From NCBI GenBank assembly GCA_965221775.1, contig CBDCSU010000005.1, positions 1,344,001 to 1,408,000 on the forward strand: a stretch of DNA of 64,000 nucleotides, given 5' to 3'. The notes below the pieces were generated by a model, which had not been told where the DNA came from, made no database searches, and saw only the letters and a list, made by a program, of their open reading frames with translations. Of the stretch, positions 28,949 through 37,121 are shown piece by piece. The position numbers and the translations under genes were made by a program. Position 1 is the first letter of the stretch. The number at the start of each line of letters is the position of its first letter. The stretch comes from Candidatus Latescibacterota bacterium. Its GTDB lineage: Bacteria; Latescibacterota; UBA2968; UBA8231.

Positions 28949-31900
28949 GGTAGGCCCCTTCCATCCTCATCTCCTGAATCATGGACAGCCTCTTCTCCGC
29001 CTCCACCTCGCCAACCAGGTCGACGAGCTTGCCGAACAGCTCATCGATCCGGCCCTCGACCAACTTGGACAGGCCCTGGGCCGCGCTGCTGTCCCCCAGC
29101 AAACCGCTGCGTTCTAGGGCTGATTCTTCGATCTGCTGCACCGTCGCCTGCAACTCGCGCTCGAATTGGGCGATGGTGCTGTCGTCCCACCTCGCAAGCG
29201 GCTGACCGACGAGCACGGTGGCCAAGGAGTCTACCAGCTTTGCGTCAGACTTGTAATGCACCTGCATGATCTTCAGCATGCTTGCAGTCGTTGTCGCGGT
29301 GCCCATCCTCTCCACGAAGCTCTGCGAAAAGCAGCCCGCCCACTCCCTGGCCACCCGGCGCAGGCCCTTTCGGCCATCGTGATCACCCAATCTGACTGCG
29401 CGTCGAACCGCGGCGCCCGCCTGTTTCACGTAGGTACGGGTGACATCCATCAACTCCTGCCTTGCCGACCTGATTCCCTCAAGCGCATTGCCGTTCGCGC
29501 TTTGCTCGCCCGCAAGGCGAGGTAGGTCGTACAGGATGAGCCGGACGGGATCGCCTTCCTTGCGGATGAGCTCTTGGAGCCTCTGGCCGGCGGGGGTCAA
29601 CTGACGGCTGGTCAGAGCCGCTGCTGGGAGTTGCGCCTTCCAAGCCTCCAGCGCGTCGTGACAGAGCCTGATGAGGTCGGCTTCCGGGACTTCATATTGG
29701 GGGCCGGTCGTGAAGATGTCGTGCAGCTCGCGCAGGTATTCCTCGCGCTCTTCATCCAGCCTCAGCACACTCACGCGGAAACGATCCGGCTCGCGGCACA
29801 GGCTCTCGATGACGGAGGGCAGGATGTCCGACACGTAGATCCCATCCTTCATCAGCGACAGGGCGCTAGGGAAGGCCTTGAGTCCCGCCGCGAGCAGGAT
29901 GGGAAGCAGGCCTCTCCGCACGCCATAGGGCGGCTCCATCAGCGTGTGGAGCAGTGGCCGGGGGTTCTCGGGCATCGCGGTAGGGTTGGTGAGGAAGTCA
30001 CGGATCTTCCGCCACACCAGCTTCAAGCCGGGATCCTCCAACTCCTCCGGGTCTGCGTACCACCATCGGCCGTTGTCCCGCCGGTAGAGCCCGGTGTGAA
30101 GCAGGACACAACGAAACATGGACGAGTCCGGGAAGTTCCCTTCGATGCCCAGGCCCTCCATGCCCGAACGCTCCAAGATGCCTAGGACCAGCTTCTTGCG
30201 TGCGTTCACCACGATGGCCGAAGGCCGGTGGCGGACGATCATCTCGTTGTTGATGCGTGGACAGTTCGCGAAAACCTCCTCCATGATATTGGACAGAGCC
30301 GTTCGCAGACCGCGGGGCGAGTCCGCCCGTTTCAGGGGCTCGCCCTTGTGGAACCATTGGGGGCCCTCGGCGCCGGGCAACACGAGCCGGTCGAGCAACT
30401 GCTGCAGGTGGCCCCTCGCGTCATCCGTCATCTGCTGCAACTCGGGGCCGACGAGGGGGTCGGTCCCGACAAGCTCACCGTCGGTCTGCATCCGTAGCAG
30501 GCACCACACCTCCAAGGCCGCCTCCCGGATGGGCAGCGGTTCTTGCGGCAGGGCTACCACGATCCTGTCGGCGCTCAGGTCGAGCCGGATCGCCAGCTCG
30601 GCCTGGGCAATCTCCTCGTGGGTCTCGGACAGCACGTACAGCACCTCTCCATCGGTGCCGGGATCTAGGCGCCTCAGATACTGGTCCTGTCGGAGGGACT
30701 CGGGAAGGGTGGCCACGTACTCATACCGGCCGGCGAGAAATCTCCTGACGCGGTGCTGGTCGTTGAACTCGACGGGGCGCCAAGCAGGCGGCCTGGCTTC
30801 CCTGCCTAGGAACTCCAGCTCGTCGAAGTGCTCTTCCTGCCTTCGCTTCTCCTCCTCCAGCCGGCCCCGCAGGTCGACGTCCGTGCCGTGCCAGACGGCC
30901 ACTTGATCGCTGTGGCGACGGTGGAGCAAGAGCTTGCGGTCCACGAGTTGCCGGACCGCGGCCGCTTCCTCTCTCCCGCCGTTGTAGCCTCTGACCGCGA
31001 ATCTCAGCAGGCCGTGCCCTGCACGTGAGCGCTGGCCGCTCGTGCCGAGGCTCAACAGGCAGGCAGCCTTCAGGGCCGCGATCTCCGCCTCGCTGGAGAC
31101 CTTGGTCAGGGCGCTCTCCGTTTCCAGCCACTGGCGGTAGGTGCCGCCCACCGATGTATCCGCGCGCATCACCGGGGAGAAGTAGTCGTACAGGTCCGCC
31201 GGCCGGACCGGCGCCGCCATGTCGACGGAGTAGAGAAAGCTGAAGAGGGTGCGCTCGTTCTGAGCCACACGGGCGGCCAAACGGGGCAGCAGGTGCAGGG
31301 CGGCGGGTTCGAGTGGGAAGGCGCCGCGCAGCAACTGCTGAATCTCGGGGAGGGTGGCTTCACCGAACAACCCATGCTCCCGGCTATCTCTGGCCGCCGT
31401 GCGGGCGTCTGCCAACGCCAAGGTGGCCTCGCCTCTCTGGGAAGCCACGACTTCGGCGATGAGCCGGTAGATCTCCTTGCTGTCATCGACGTACTGCAGG
31501 GTCCGGAAGCGGCCCTCGATCTTGGTCCACTCCGAACGGACCGACTGGGTCATGCCCCCCGCGTATAGCAGGAGGCTCTGGTGGAGGAACAGCCCCATGG
31601 TGGCCGGAACCTTCCGGGTCCGGCTTACGAACTCCGCCAGCACCTGGATCTCGGCCAGAGCGGAAGCCCTCCCCTCCCTTAGCAGGGACTCCAGGTGCCG
31701 CCCGAACTCGTCCCACAACAGGACGACCTGATCGCACCCGCTATCGGCCGCCTTCCTGTGCAGGGCGGCCAGCACGTTGGCAAGACCGTCCGGTCCAGCG
31801 GTCTCAAGCCTTTCGATGGACTTGGCTTCCCGGCCGAGCCTCAATCGCTTCATGCTCTGCACCGCCGACTCCCGCAGCGCTCCGGCCACATCCGGGCAGT

Positions 31901-32276
31901 ATCCGTGGAGAGCGATGGCGATGCCGCGCTTTTCCTTGTTCCTGCTTCGCCTGAGCACGGACCGACCCAGCTCCGGGCTGACCGAATCGAGGCGGCCGGC
32001 GATCCGCTTGATGCAGTCGGCGGCGTCCGCCCGGTTCTCGATCACCTGCAGAGCGTAGGTCGCCGTGAGAGATTTGCCGCTGCCGTAGGGAGCCACCACG
32101 AAGAAGGCGTGATCGTCTTCTTCTCCGAAAAGGGCTTTGAGCAGGGGCACCGTCTTGGCGGTGGGGCGGAAGTGGCCGATGCGCTCCGGCTCGTCGGCGT
32201 CGTAGACGAGGTTGATGGAGCGCAGAAAGGCGTCCCGGGAGACGGGCTCGCTCGCCACGGCCTTCCTACGCGGCAT
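28941..32276 (-). CDS. sspC: Large P-loop ATPase, SspC/BrxC-like
   Basis: FLRSINLVYD, Walker A APYGSGKS, Walker B LLWDEFGRHLE, EWTKIEGRF, QNERTLFSFL, PPYGVRRG. Confidence 0.72.
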   Translation of the reverse strand: MPRRKAVASEPVSRDAFLRSINLVYDADEPERIGHFRPTAKTVPLLKALFGEEDDHAFFVVAPYGSGKSLTATYALQVIENRADAADCIKRIAGRLDSVSPELGRSVLRRSRNKEKRGIAIALHGYCPDVAGALRESAVQSMKRLRLGREAKSIERLETAGPDGLANVLAALHRKAADSGCDQVVLLWDEFGRHLESLLREGRASALAEIQVLAEFVSRTRKVPATMGLFLHQSLLLYAGGMTQSVRSEWTKIEGRFRTLQYVDDSKEIYRLIAEVVASQRGEATLALADARTAARDSREHGLFGEATLPEIQQLLRGAFPLEPAALHLLPRLAARVAQNERTLFSFLYSVDMAAPVRPADLYDYFSPVMRADTSVGGTYRQWLETESALTKVSSEAEIAALKAACLLSLGTSGQRSRAGHGLLRFAVRGYNGGREEAAAVRQLVDRKLLLHRRHSDQVAVWHGTDVDLRGRLEEEKRRQEEHFDELEFLGREARPPAWRPVEFNDQHRVRRFLAGRYEYVATLPESLRQDQYLRRLDPGTDGEVLYVLSETHEEIAQAELAIRLDLSADRIVVALPQEPLPIREAALEVWCLLRMQTDGELVGTDPLVGPELQQMTDDARGHLQQLLDRLVLPGAEGPQWFHKGEPLKRADSPRGLRTALSNIMEEVFANCPRINNEMIVRHRPSAIVVNARKKLVLGILERSGMEGLGIEGNFPDSSMFRCVLLHTGLYRRDNGRWWYADPEELEDPGLKLVWRKIRDFLTNPTAMPENPRPLLHTLMEPPYGVRRGLLPILLAAGLKAFPSALSLMKDGIYVSDILPSVIESLCREPDRFRVSVLRLDEEREEYLRELHDIFTTGPQYEVPEADLIRLCHDALEAWKAQLPAAALTSRQLTPAGQRLQELIRKEGDPVRLILYDLPRLAGEQSANGNALEGIRSARQELMDVTRTYVKQAGAAVRRAVRLGDHDGRKGLRRVAREWAGCFSQSFVERMGTATTTASMLKIMQVHYKSDAKLVDSLATVLVGQPLARWDDSTIAQFERELQATVQQIEESALERSGLLGDSSAAQGLSKLVEGRIDELFGKLVDLVGEVEAEKRLSMIQEMRMEGAYHG

Positions 32277-33171
32277 GGCGACTCAATCCCTCACTCGTGT
32301 AGTGCGCTTCGAGCCAGTCGATCTCATCCCGACGTTCCACCACTAGCCTTCGTTGCCCCGCCAGTCCCTGGATTTCGAGACTGACCTGTGGCTGCTCCAC
32401 CTGCACGGCCGTCTCGTACAGGCCCTCGGCCGTCATGCAAAAGGCGTTCCCCGGACCGCCCCGCCGCTGGGACGCTTCCTGCACCGATGCCTGGATGGGG
32501 CCGTCATGCGCGTCACTTCCAAAGGCCCTGGCCAGGGAGTAGCAGAGGATGTGCGCGGGGATTGCCTTCGTGGCCTTGTTGACCTCGTAGTACCCGCTCG
32601 TGCGGTAGTGGGAGAGTAGGCCCAACTCGGTGAAGGGAGACTCCTGCGCCTCTTCGGGGTCCACCCCCCGGTCGGGGATACTCCTCGAATAGCTCAGGAG
32701 CAGGCAGCTCGCGTCCCGGTCGAGGGTGCGGGGGCTCGGGACCCGGCTGCCCTGCATCTGCAGGAACCGTTGCAGGCCTTCGATGCAGACGGCCTTGTCG
32801 AAGCGAGGCAGCTTGAAGTTGTTGAAGAACCAGTCCCAGGTGACGGCGTGCTCCGGGCTGCTGATCAGGTTCACGTGAAGCGCCCACCAGGTGCCGATGT
32901 CGGTGAAGTAGGGGTCGCGCTCCCAGACGAGGTGGCCGAGGCCCGTGGGCTCCAACATGGCTCCCTTGCGGTGCCGGCCTCCCCCGACTTGCTGGCACAG
33001 GCCGGTCGCCTGTAGCCAGTGACGAATCGACTTGGCCATGTTGCGGCCCACGCCGAGCCAATCGGCGACGTGCTCGTGGCAGAGCTTCTCGGGCTCCTCG
33101 GCCACCAGCTTCAGCCCCTTGTGCAGCCACCCTTCCCGGACGGGGAAGGTCTCGTGCCCTGCGAACCTCAT
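32266..33171 (-). CDS. sspB: DUF4007 family protein, SspB-like
   Basis: FAGHETFPVREGWLHKG, LGVGRNMAKSIRHWL, DPYF, WWALH, ESPFTELGLL. Confidence 0.82.
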   Translation of the reverse strand: MRFAGHETFPVREGWLHKGLKLVAEEPEKLCHEHVADWLGVGRNMAKSIRHWLQATGLCQQVGGGRHRKGAMLEPTGLGHLVWERDPYFTDIGTWWALHVNLISSPEHAVTWDWFFNNFKLPRFDKAVCIEGLQRFLQMQGSRVPSPRTLDRDASCLLLSYSRSIPDRGVDPEEAQESPFTELGLLSHYRTSGYYEVNKATKAIPAHILCYSLARAFGSDAHDGPIQASVQEASQRRGGPGNAFCMTAEGLYETAVQVEQPQVSLEIQGLAGQRRLVVERRDEIDWLEAHYTSEGLSRHAA

Positions 33172-34355
33172 TCGGCCACCTCCGACAGTTCCATCCGCTC
33201 CGTCCCCCTCCACCCGGAGAACGCCCGGATGCGGTCCACCTCCTCCGCCACGGCCGCCCAGGCCGCCGCCACCTCCTCCCCGTCGTTCAGCACCGACAGG
33301 CTGAAGCGGACGCTGGCGTACGCCTCTTCCTCCGACAGCCCCATGGCCCGCAGCACGTGGGACGGCTCCGGCCGCTGGTTGGTGCACGCCGAGCTCTGGG
33401 AGCAGCGGATGCCGCGCTGATCCAGTCGCGCCACCAGGGCCTCTCCGTCCACGCCGTGGAAGAGCAGGTTCGTGGTGTTGCATACACGGGCCCGGGAGTC
33501 ACCGTTCACGGTCACGCCGCCGCAGCGATCGATGATCTCCCTCTCGAGGCGGTCTCGCAGACTGCCGAGGCGGGCGATCGTCTCGTCGAGGGATTTCTCC
33601 CGCAGGCTGGCTGCACATCCCATGCCCGCGATGCCTGGCACGTTCTCGGTGCCGGCGCGCAGACCCGACTCCTGATCGCCGCCCTCGATGAGGCCTTCGA
33701 GCCGGGTAGCGCCGCCCACGTACAGGGCGCCCACTCCCACGGGGGCGTGGAACTTGTGGCCCGCAATCGACGCGTAGTCGACGGGCCGATCCCGCAGGCC
33801 CAGCGGCAGCTTGCCCACCGCCTGCGCCGCGTCCGTGTGGAAGGGCACCCCCGCCCCGGCGCACAACCGCCCGATCTGATCGATCGGCTGCACGACGCCC
33901 GTCTCGCTGTTGACCCACTGGATGGAGACCAAGTCGGCCCGCCCGGCCAGCGCTCGCCGCAGATCCTCGGGATCGACGAGGCCGCCGCCGCTGACGGGCA
34001 GGAGCACCACCTCTGTCCCTTGGCGGCTGCACCTGTCGAGCCCGGCGAGGACGGAGGAGTGCTCGACGGCGGTGGAGATGATCCTCGTGCCCGGACCGGA
34101 GAATCCGCGCAGGACGGTGTTGTTCGCCTCGGTGGCGCCGCTGGTGAAGATGATGGCGCCGGGGCCGCAGCCGAGAAGGGAGGCCAGGGATTCCCGGGCC
34201 ATGCGCAGTTGCTCGCGCCCGCGCTCGCCGGCGGTGTGGCTGCTGGAGGGATTGCCGAAGGCCGCCAGGGCGTTCAGGACCGCGGCGCGGACCTCCGGCA
34301 GGGGCGGGGTCGTGGCGTTGTTGTCGAGATAGACCTCGGAGGGCGGGTTGCTCAA
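33168..34355 (-). CDS. sspA: Cysteine desulfurase (IscS/DndA/SspA-like)
   Basis: YLDNNATT, GNPSS, FTSGATE, HTDAAQAVGK, AGHKFH (PLP Lys), SSAC catalytic Cys; coupled to the DUF4007 gene by ATGA. Confidence 0.88.
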   Translation of the reverse strand: MSNPPSEVYLDNNATTPPLPEVRAAVLNALAAFGNPSSSHTAGERGREQLRMARESLASLLGCGPGAIIFTSGATEANNTVLRGFSGPGTRIISTAVEHSSVLAGLDRCSRQGTEVVLLPVSGGGLVDPEDLRRALAGRADLVSIQWVNSETGVVQPIDQIGRLCAGAGVPFHTDAAQAVGKLPLGLRDRPVDYASIAGHKFHAPVGVGALYVGGATRLEGLIEGGDQESGLRAGTENVPGIAGMGCAASLREKSLDETIARLGSLRDRLEREIIDRCGGVTVNGDSRARVCNTTNLLFHGVDGEALVARLDQRGIRCSQSSACTNQRPEPSHVLRAMGLSEEEAYASVRFSLSVLNDGEEVAAAWAAVAEEVDRIRAFSGWRGTERMELSEVAE

Positions 34356-34470
34356 GGTCTGGTGGTCTCCCGGGGAGAGGGGGAGGCTGCGCGCGAAACC
34401 TTACCCCCAAGTCGGGGAGGGGGGCAAGTGCCTTCTCAAGATGTGGTGTGGTGGCGCAGGTTCCGTTACT

Positions 34471-34499
34471 AATTTACTGCACAAACGTATATCTGCCAA
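34471..34499 (-). promoter_or_regulatory. Putative sigma-70 promoter of the ssp-like operon
   Basis: Minus strand TTGGCA-N17-TAAATT in an AT-rich patch, just downstream of a CAGGGC...GCCCTG hairpin. Confidence 0.45.
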
Positions 34500-34544
34500 G
34501 CAGCCGGCAGGGCCTTCGGCAGCCCTGAGCCATCTCGTCCAGGT

Positions 34545-34847
34545 TCAGACCGGGGGCTTTATCTGAATGAGCGCCTGCACGAGATCTTTCAGGATGGGCT
34601 GAATCAGCCAGAGGAACCCGGTCACGATGCCGCCCAGTGTCGTGATGACACCCCCGAGGACCCAGATCTTCAGGTGGGCGATGTCCATCTTCAGGTGGGC
34701 GATATCCGTCTGGGTTGCACTCTCTTCCATGCGCGTCCTGATCTCCCGGACATCGCCCTCAACAGCTCTCAGGCATGCGTCCCAGGAATCGTCGCTCCCG
34801 CCATCGTCCCTGGCCTGCGGACGAAGGCTCACCTCCTGCCCTCCCAC
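34545..34847 (-). CDS. Small coiled-coil + C-terminal TM protein
   Basis: LRAVEGDVREIRTRME...DIAHLKMDIAHLKIW then TM VLGGVITTLGGIVTGFLWLI. Confidence 0.6.
   Translation of the reverse strand: MGGQEVSLRPQARDDGGSDDSWDACLRAVEGDVREIRTRMEESATQTDIAHLKMDIAHLKIWVLGGVITTLGGIVTGFLWLIQPILKDLVQALIQIKPPV
34666..34707. repeat. 21-bp tandem duplication (one heptad)
   Basis: ATCTTCAGGTGGGCGATGTCC followed by ATCTTCAGGTGGGCGATATCC. Confidence 0.9.
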
Positions 34848-35089
34848 ACTTCGAGCTTTTCTGCGAGGGCTTTGTCGGCCGCGCCAGTGTAGCGCGAGGG
34901 CGCCACGACGATGCCTCCCTTCCCTTCCACCTCGATGCCCAGGGCGCTCTCAAGCTCGGAGCAGGTCCGATGGTTACTTCGGACAAACCAGACCCCGGAC
35001 TCCATCTGGTAGGACTCCTCCTGGGGAACGAGCGCCCTGACCTCTTCGTCGAGGGGCTCTTCGGCCGGAATCACGACATAGATCGGCAT
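34829..35089 (-). CDS. Small hypothetical protein (possible ferredoxin-like fold)
   Basis: 86 aa MPIYVVIP...MESGVWFVRS...GIVV...YTG; overlaps the downstream gene. Confidence 0.55.
   Translation of the reverse strand: MPIYVVIPAEEPLDEEVRALVPQEESYQMESGVWFVRSNHRTCSELESALGIEVEGKGGIVVAPSRYTGAADKALAEKLEVWEGRR
35025..35089. repeat. 65-bp direct repeat, copy 1 (copy 2 at 36950-37014)
   Basis: GGAACGAGCGCCCTGA(C/T)CTCTTCGTCGAGGGGCTCTT....CGGAATCACGACATAGATCGGCAT; 4 mismatches between copies. Confidence 0.92.
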
Positions 35090-35100
35090 GTAGCGGATCC

Positions 35101-35250
35101 TCAGAAGAGCTTGGCTACGGTCAGGGCCAGTCCAACTGCTGCCACCAGGCCCCCCAAGACGCCCGCCAGGACCAACGCCTTGGTCGGCATGTGCCTCCAT
35201 CGCTCCTCGAGGTTGGCCAGTTGCCTCTCCAGGCGGCGAACGGACACTAC
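35101..35250 (-). pseudogene. Probable tail of a coiled-coil+TM gene
   Basis: VRRLERQLANLEERWRHMPTKALVLAGVLGGLVAAVGLALTVAKLF*; no convincing start. Confidence 0.35.
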
Positions 35251-35266
35251 CGAGGGACTACGCAAA

Positions 35267-36598
35267 TCACCACCTAGGAGGACGCCCCAAAGGGGATTCA
35301 ATGCCATGGTTCATGAGGTGATTGTCTATCACCCAAGATGATACGGAGAAGCCATTGGCGACTCGTTCCAAACTCTCCGGCGAATAGTCACCCCTGAGCC
35401 TGTCGTCTACAGAATGCCAAGGGCTGAGAAACTCCGCAGCGAAGGCTCGCTGCATCTTCTGGCGATAGCTGTAGGACCTCGTGGCAGGAAGCAGTGCTTC
35501 TCCGCGCATGGAAAACTGCAAGCTGTCACCCAGGAGGCGAGCGGCATCGAACCTTCTCCCGGTCTTGCTGCGGGAACGAAGAGCCAGTTTCCTGCCGCCC
35601 TTGTTCCCGAGGATCCAAGAGAATCGATCGGTCAGTTTCTGGCTGCTGATGGCACTCGGGGTCGTTCCCAAGAGTTCAGCGAGCTTGCGGTCTTCCACCC
35701 GATCGCCATTCAAGTCTGCCGCGCTGCGGACCTCCTTGGCCAAGTCAGAGCCGACCTTCCACGCGGGGGTAGTGAAGGCATGCGCACCAGAATCGCCTCC
35801 CTCGAAGCCTTCCGTGTTGACCCCTTCCATTGGGAGGTCACTGTCCCCGGCGATCCCATCCTCAATTCGAACATCGAAACCCTTCTCTTGAGTAAGAGAC
35901 CTTATCTCCGAGGCGGAAATCAGGTGGTCAACTCCATCCGATCCCAAGGCAATCTCTTCTGCCGCGGTTCTACCCAACTCGCTGATCTCCCTTTGTCGGG
36001 AGATCAGATCATCAGAGTCAAGATCGTCCGGGTCCGCACCGAGCAGTGCTTCGAACTTCCTGAACCGAGAAAGCTCGCGATCTTCTCTTTCGCGAGAGAG
36101 GTCTTCCCAAAGAACGGACAGGTCGGAGCCCTTTCCCTCCGTCGAATCCAGAAGCTCTCTGACAAAGCGGTCGACTTCGGCAACGAAGTCTGGGCGAGGA
36201 ACCTGCACGACCTTGTCTGCCAGGTACCTGAAGATCATGGGATGTTCGTCATCAGAGGACGGCTTGGATTCCAGATAGGTAAAGACCCCGTCCGAATGAA
36301 TCGTGATCCGGGGCCAGAGCCATCCTTCTCCTACGGCGAGCATGGAGTGGGCAAGATCCCATTCGTCATGGCCTGACTGACCTGACGGGTAAGGCTCCCA
36401 GTTCAGCCTCCACCAATTCCAGACCAGCCAGTAGGCCAACGGCTTCGGATCAATCAATGGGCCTTCGCGATAGATGGGTTGCCCATCCTGTCCCGCGACC
36501 AAGCCCTGAGTCAGGCACCGGTCGTCAGCCATGATTCTCAACAACCCCACGGCGGGCTCAGAAGCCCCATAGGTGCTGATGCTGAAGTCCAGACTCAT
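35267..36598 (-). CDS. Hypothetical protein with degenerate ImmA/IrrE-like C-terminal domain
   Basis: LAYWLVWNWWRLNWEP...WPRITIHSDG; GRRFDAARLLGD (HExxH position lost), QKMQRAFAAEFLSP, VANGFSVS. Confidence 0.65.
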   Translation of the reverse strand: MSLDFSISTYGASEPAVGLLRIMADDRCLTQGLVAGQDGQPIYREGPLIDPKPLAYWLVWNWWRLNWEPYPSGQSGHDEWDLAHSMLAVGEGWLWPRITIHSDGVFTYLESKPSSDDEHPMIFRYLADKVVQVPRPDFVAEVDRFVRELLDSTEGKGSDLSVLWEDLSREREDRELSRFRKFEALLGADPDDLDSDDLISRQREISELGRTAAEEIALGSDGVDHLISASEIRSLTQEKGFDVRIEDGIAGDSDLPMEGVNTEGFEGGDSGAHAFTTPAWKVGSDLAKEVRSAADLNGDRVEDRKLAELLGTTPSAISSQKLTDRFSWILGNKGGRKLALRSRSKTGRRFDAARLLGDSLQFSMRGEALLPATRSYSYRQKMQRAFAAEFLSPWHSVDDRLRGDYSPESLERVANGFSVSSWVIDNHLMNHGIESPLGRPPRW

Positions 36599-36930
36599 CC
36601 GGCACCCTCCCATCTCTTGCGGACTTCCCTGCTTAGTCTCTTGCCAACTCTGTCATTCCGATCATCCAACCGGTATCCGTGGTATGTGCCACGAGACTGA
36701 TTGGCCTCATAGACCCATCCTTCATGATCTACCGCCCAGACGTTTTTGGGAAGACCATTGATCGATCTGGAACTCACTGTTCGACGACGAACTCCTTCCC
36801 GGAATAGCCTCCTGGCTTCCAGGAGAGACATCTGCCTCTTGTCATCGCAAGGAGACTTGTCTGGCCCCAACCCTCTGTCCTTGGTCCGACCCAGGTGTCT
36901 TGGATCTGGTATGAACAATGAGGGCTTCAT
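36595..36930 (-). CDS. Small basic toxin-like protein (frame open upstream to 37095 through repeat copy 2)
   Basis: PKNVWAV...VYEA...GTYHGYRL; stop overlaps the partner start (ATGA). Confidence 0.55.
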   Translation of the reverse strand: MKPSLFIPDPRHLGRTKDRGLGPDKSPCDDKRQMSLLEARRLFREGVRRRTVSSRSINGLPKNVWAVDHEGWVYEANQSRGTYHGYRLDDRNDRVGKRLSREVRKRWEGAG

Positions 36931-36949
36931 CTTCGACTGCAGATCTTCC

Positions 36950-37014
36950 GGAACGAGCGCCCTGATCTCTTCGTCGAGGGGCTCTTGCGACGGAATCACG
37001 ACATAGATCGGCAT
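36950..37014. repeat. 65-bp direct repeat, copy 2
   Basis: Encodes MPIYVVIPSQEPLDEEIRALVP versus MPIYVVIPAEEPLDEEVRALVP in copy 1. Confidence 0.92.
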
Positions 37015-37121
37015 CTTCTGGGTCCCGACAGCCTTTCGGGCAATGGTAAGGGCCGGGGCGAGCACCGGCCAACCCGCATGGCTCGCAAGTTCCATGCCAC
37101 CTCGCTACGGGCTACCTCTAT

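Noticed and set aside
28133-34355. BREX type 4 or classical dndABCDE
   Set aside because: No pglZ or brxL and no dndD/dndE-like genes; DUF4007 + ATPase + PAPS reductase + desulfurase fits the Ssp type better.
24640-37120. Integrative element with att sites
   Set aside because: No integrase, transposase or tRNA; only a trivial CT(C/A)CTGCCC match at the approximate borders.
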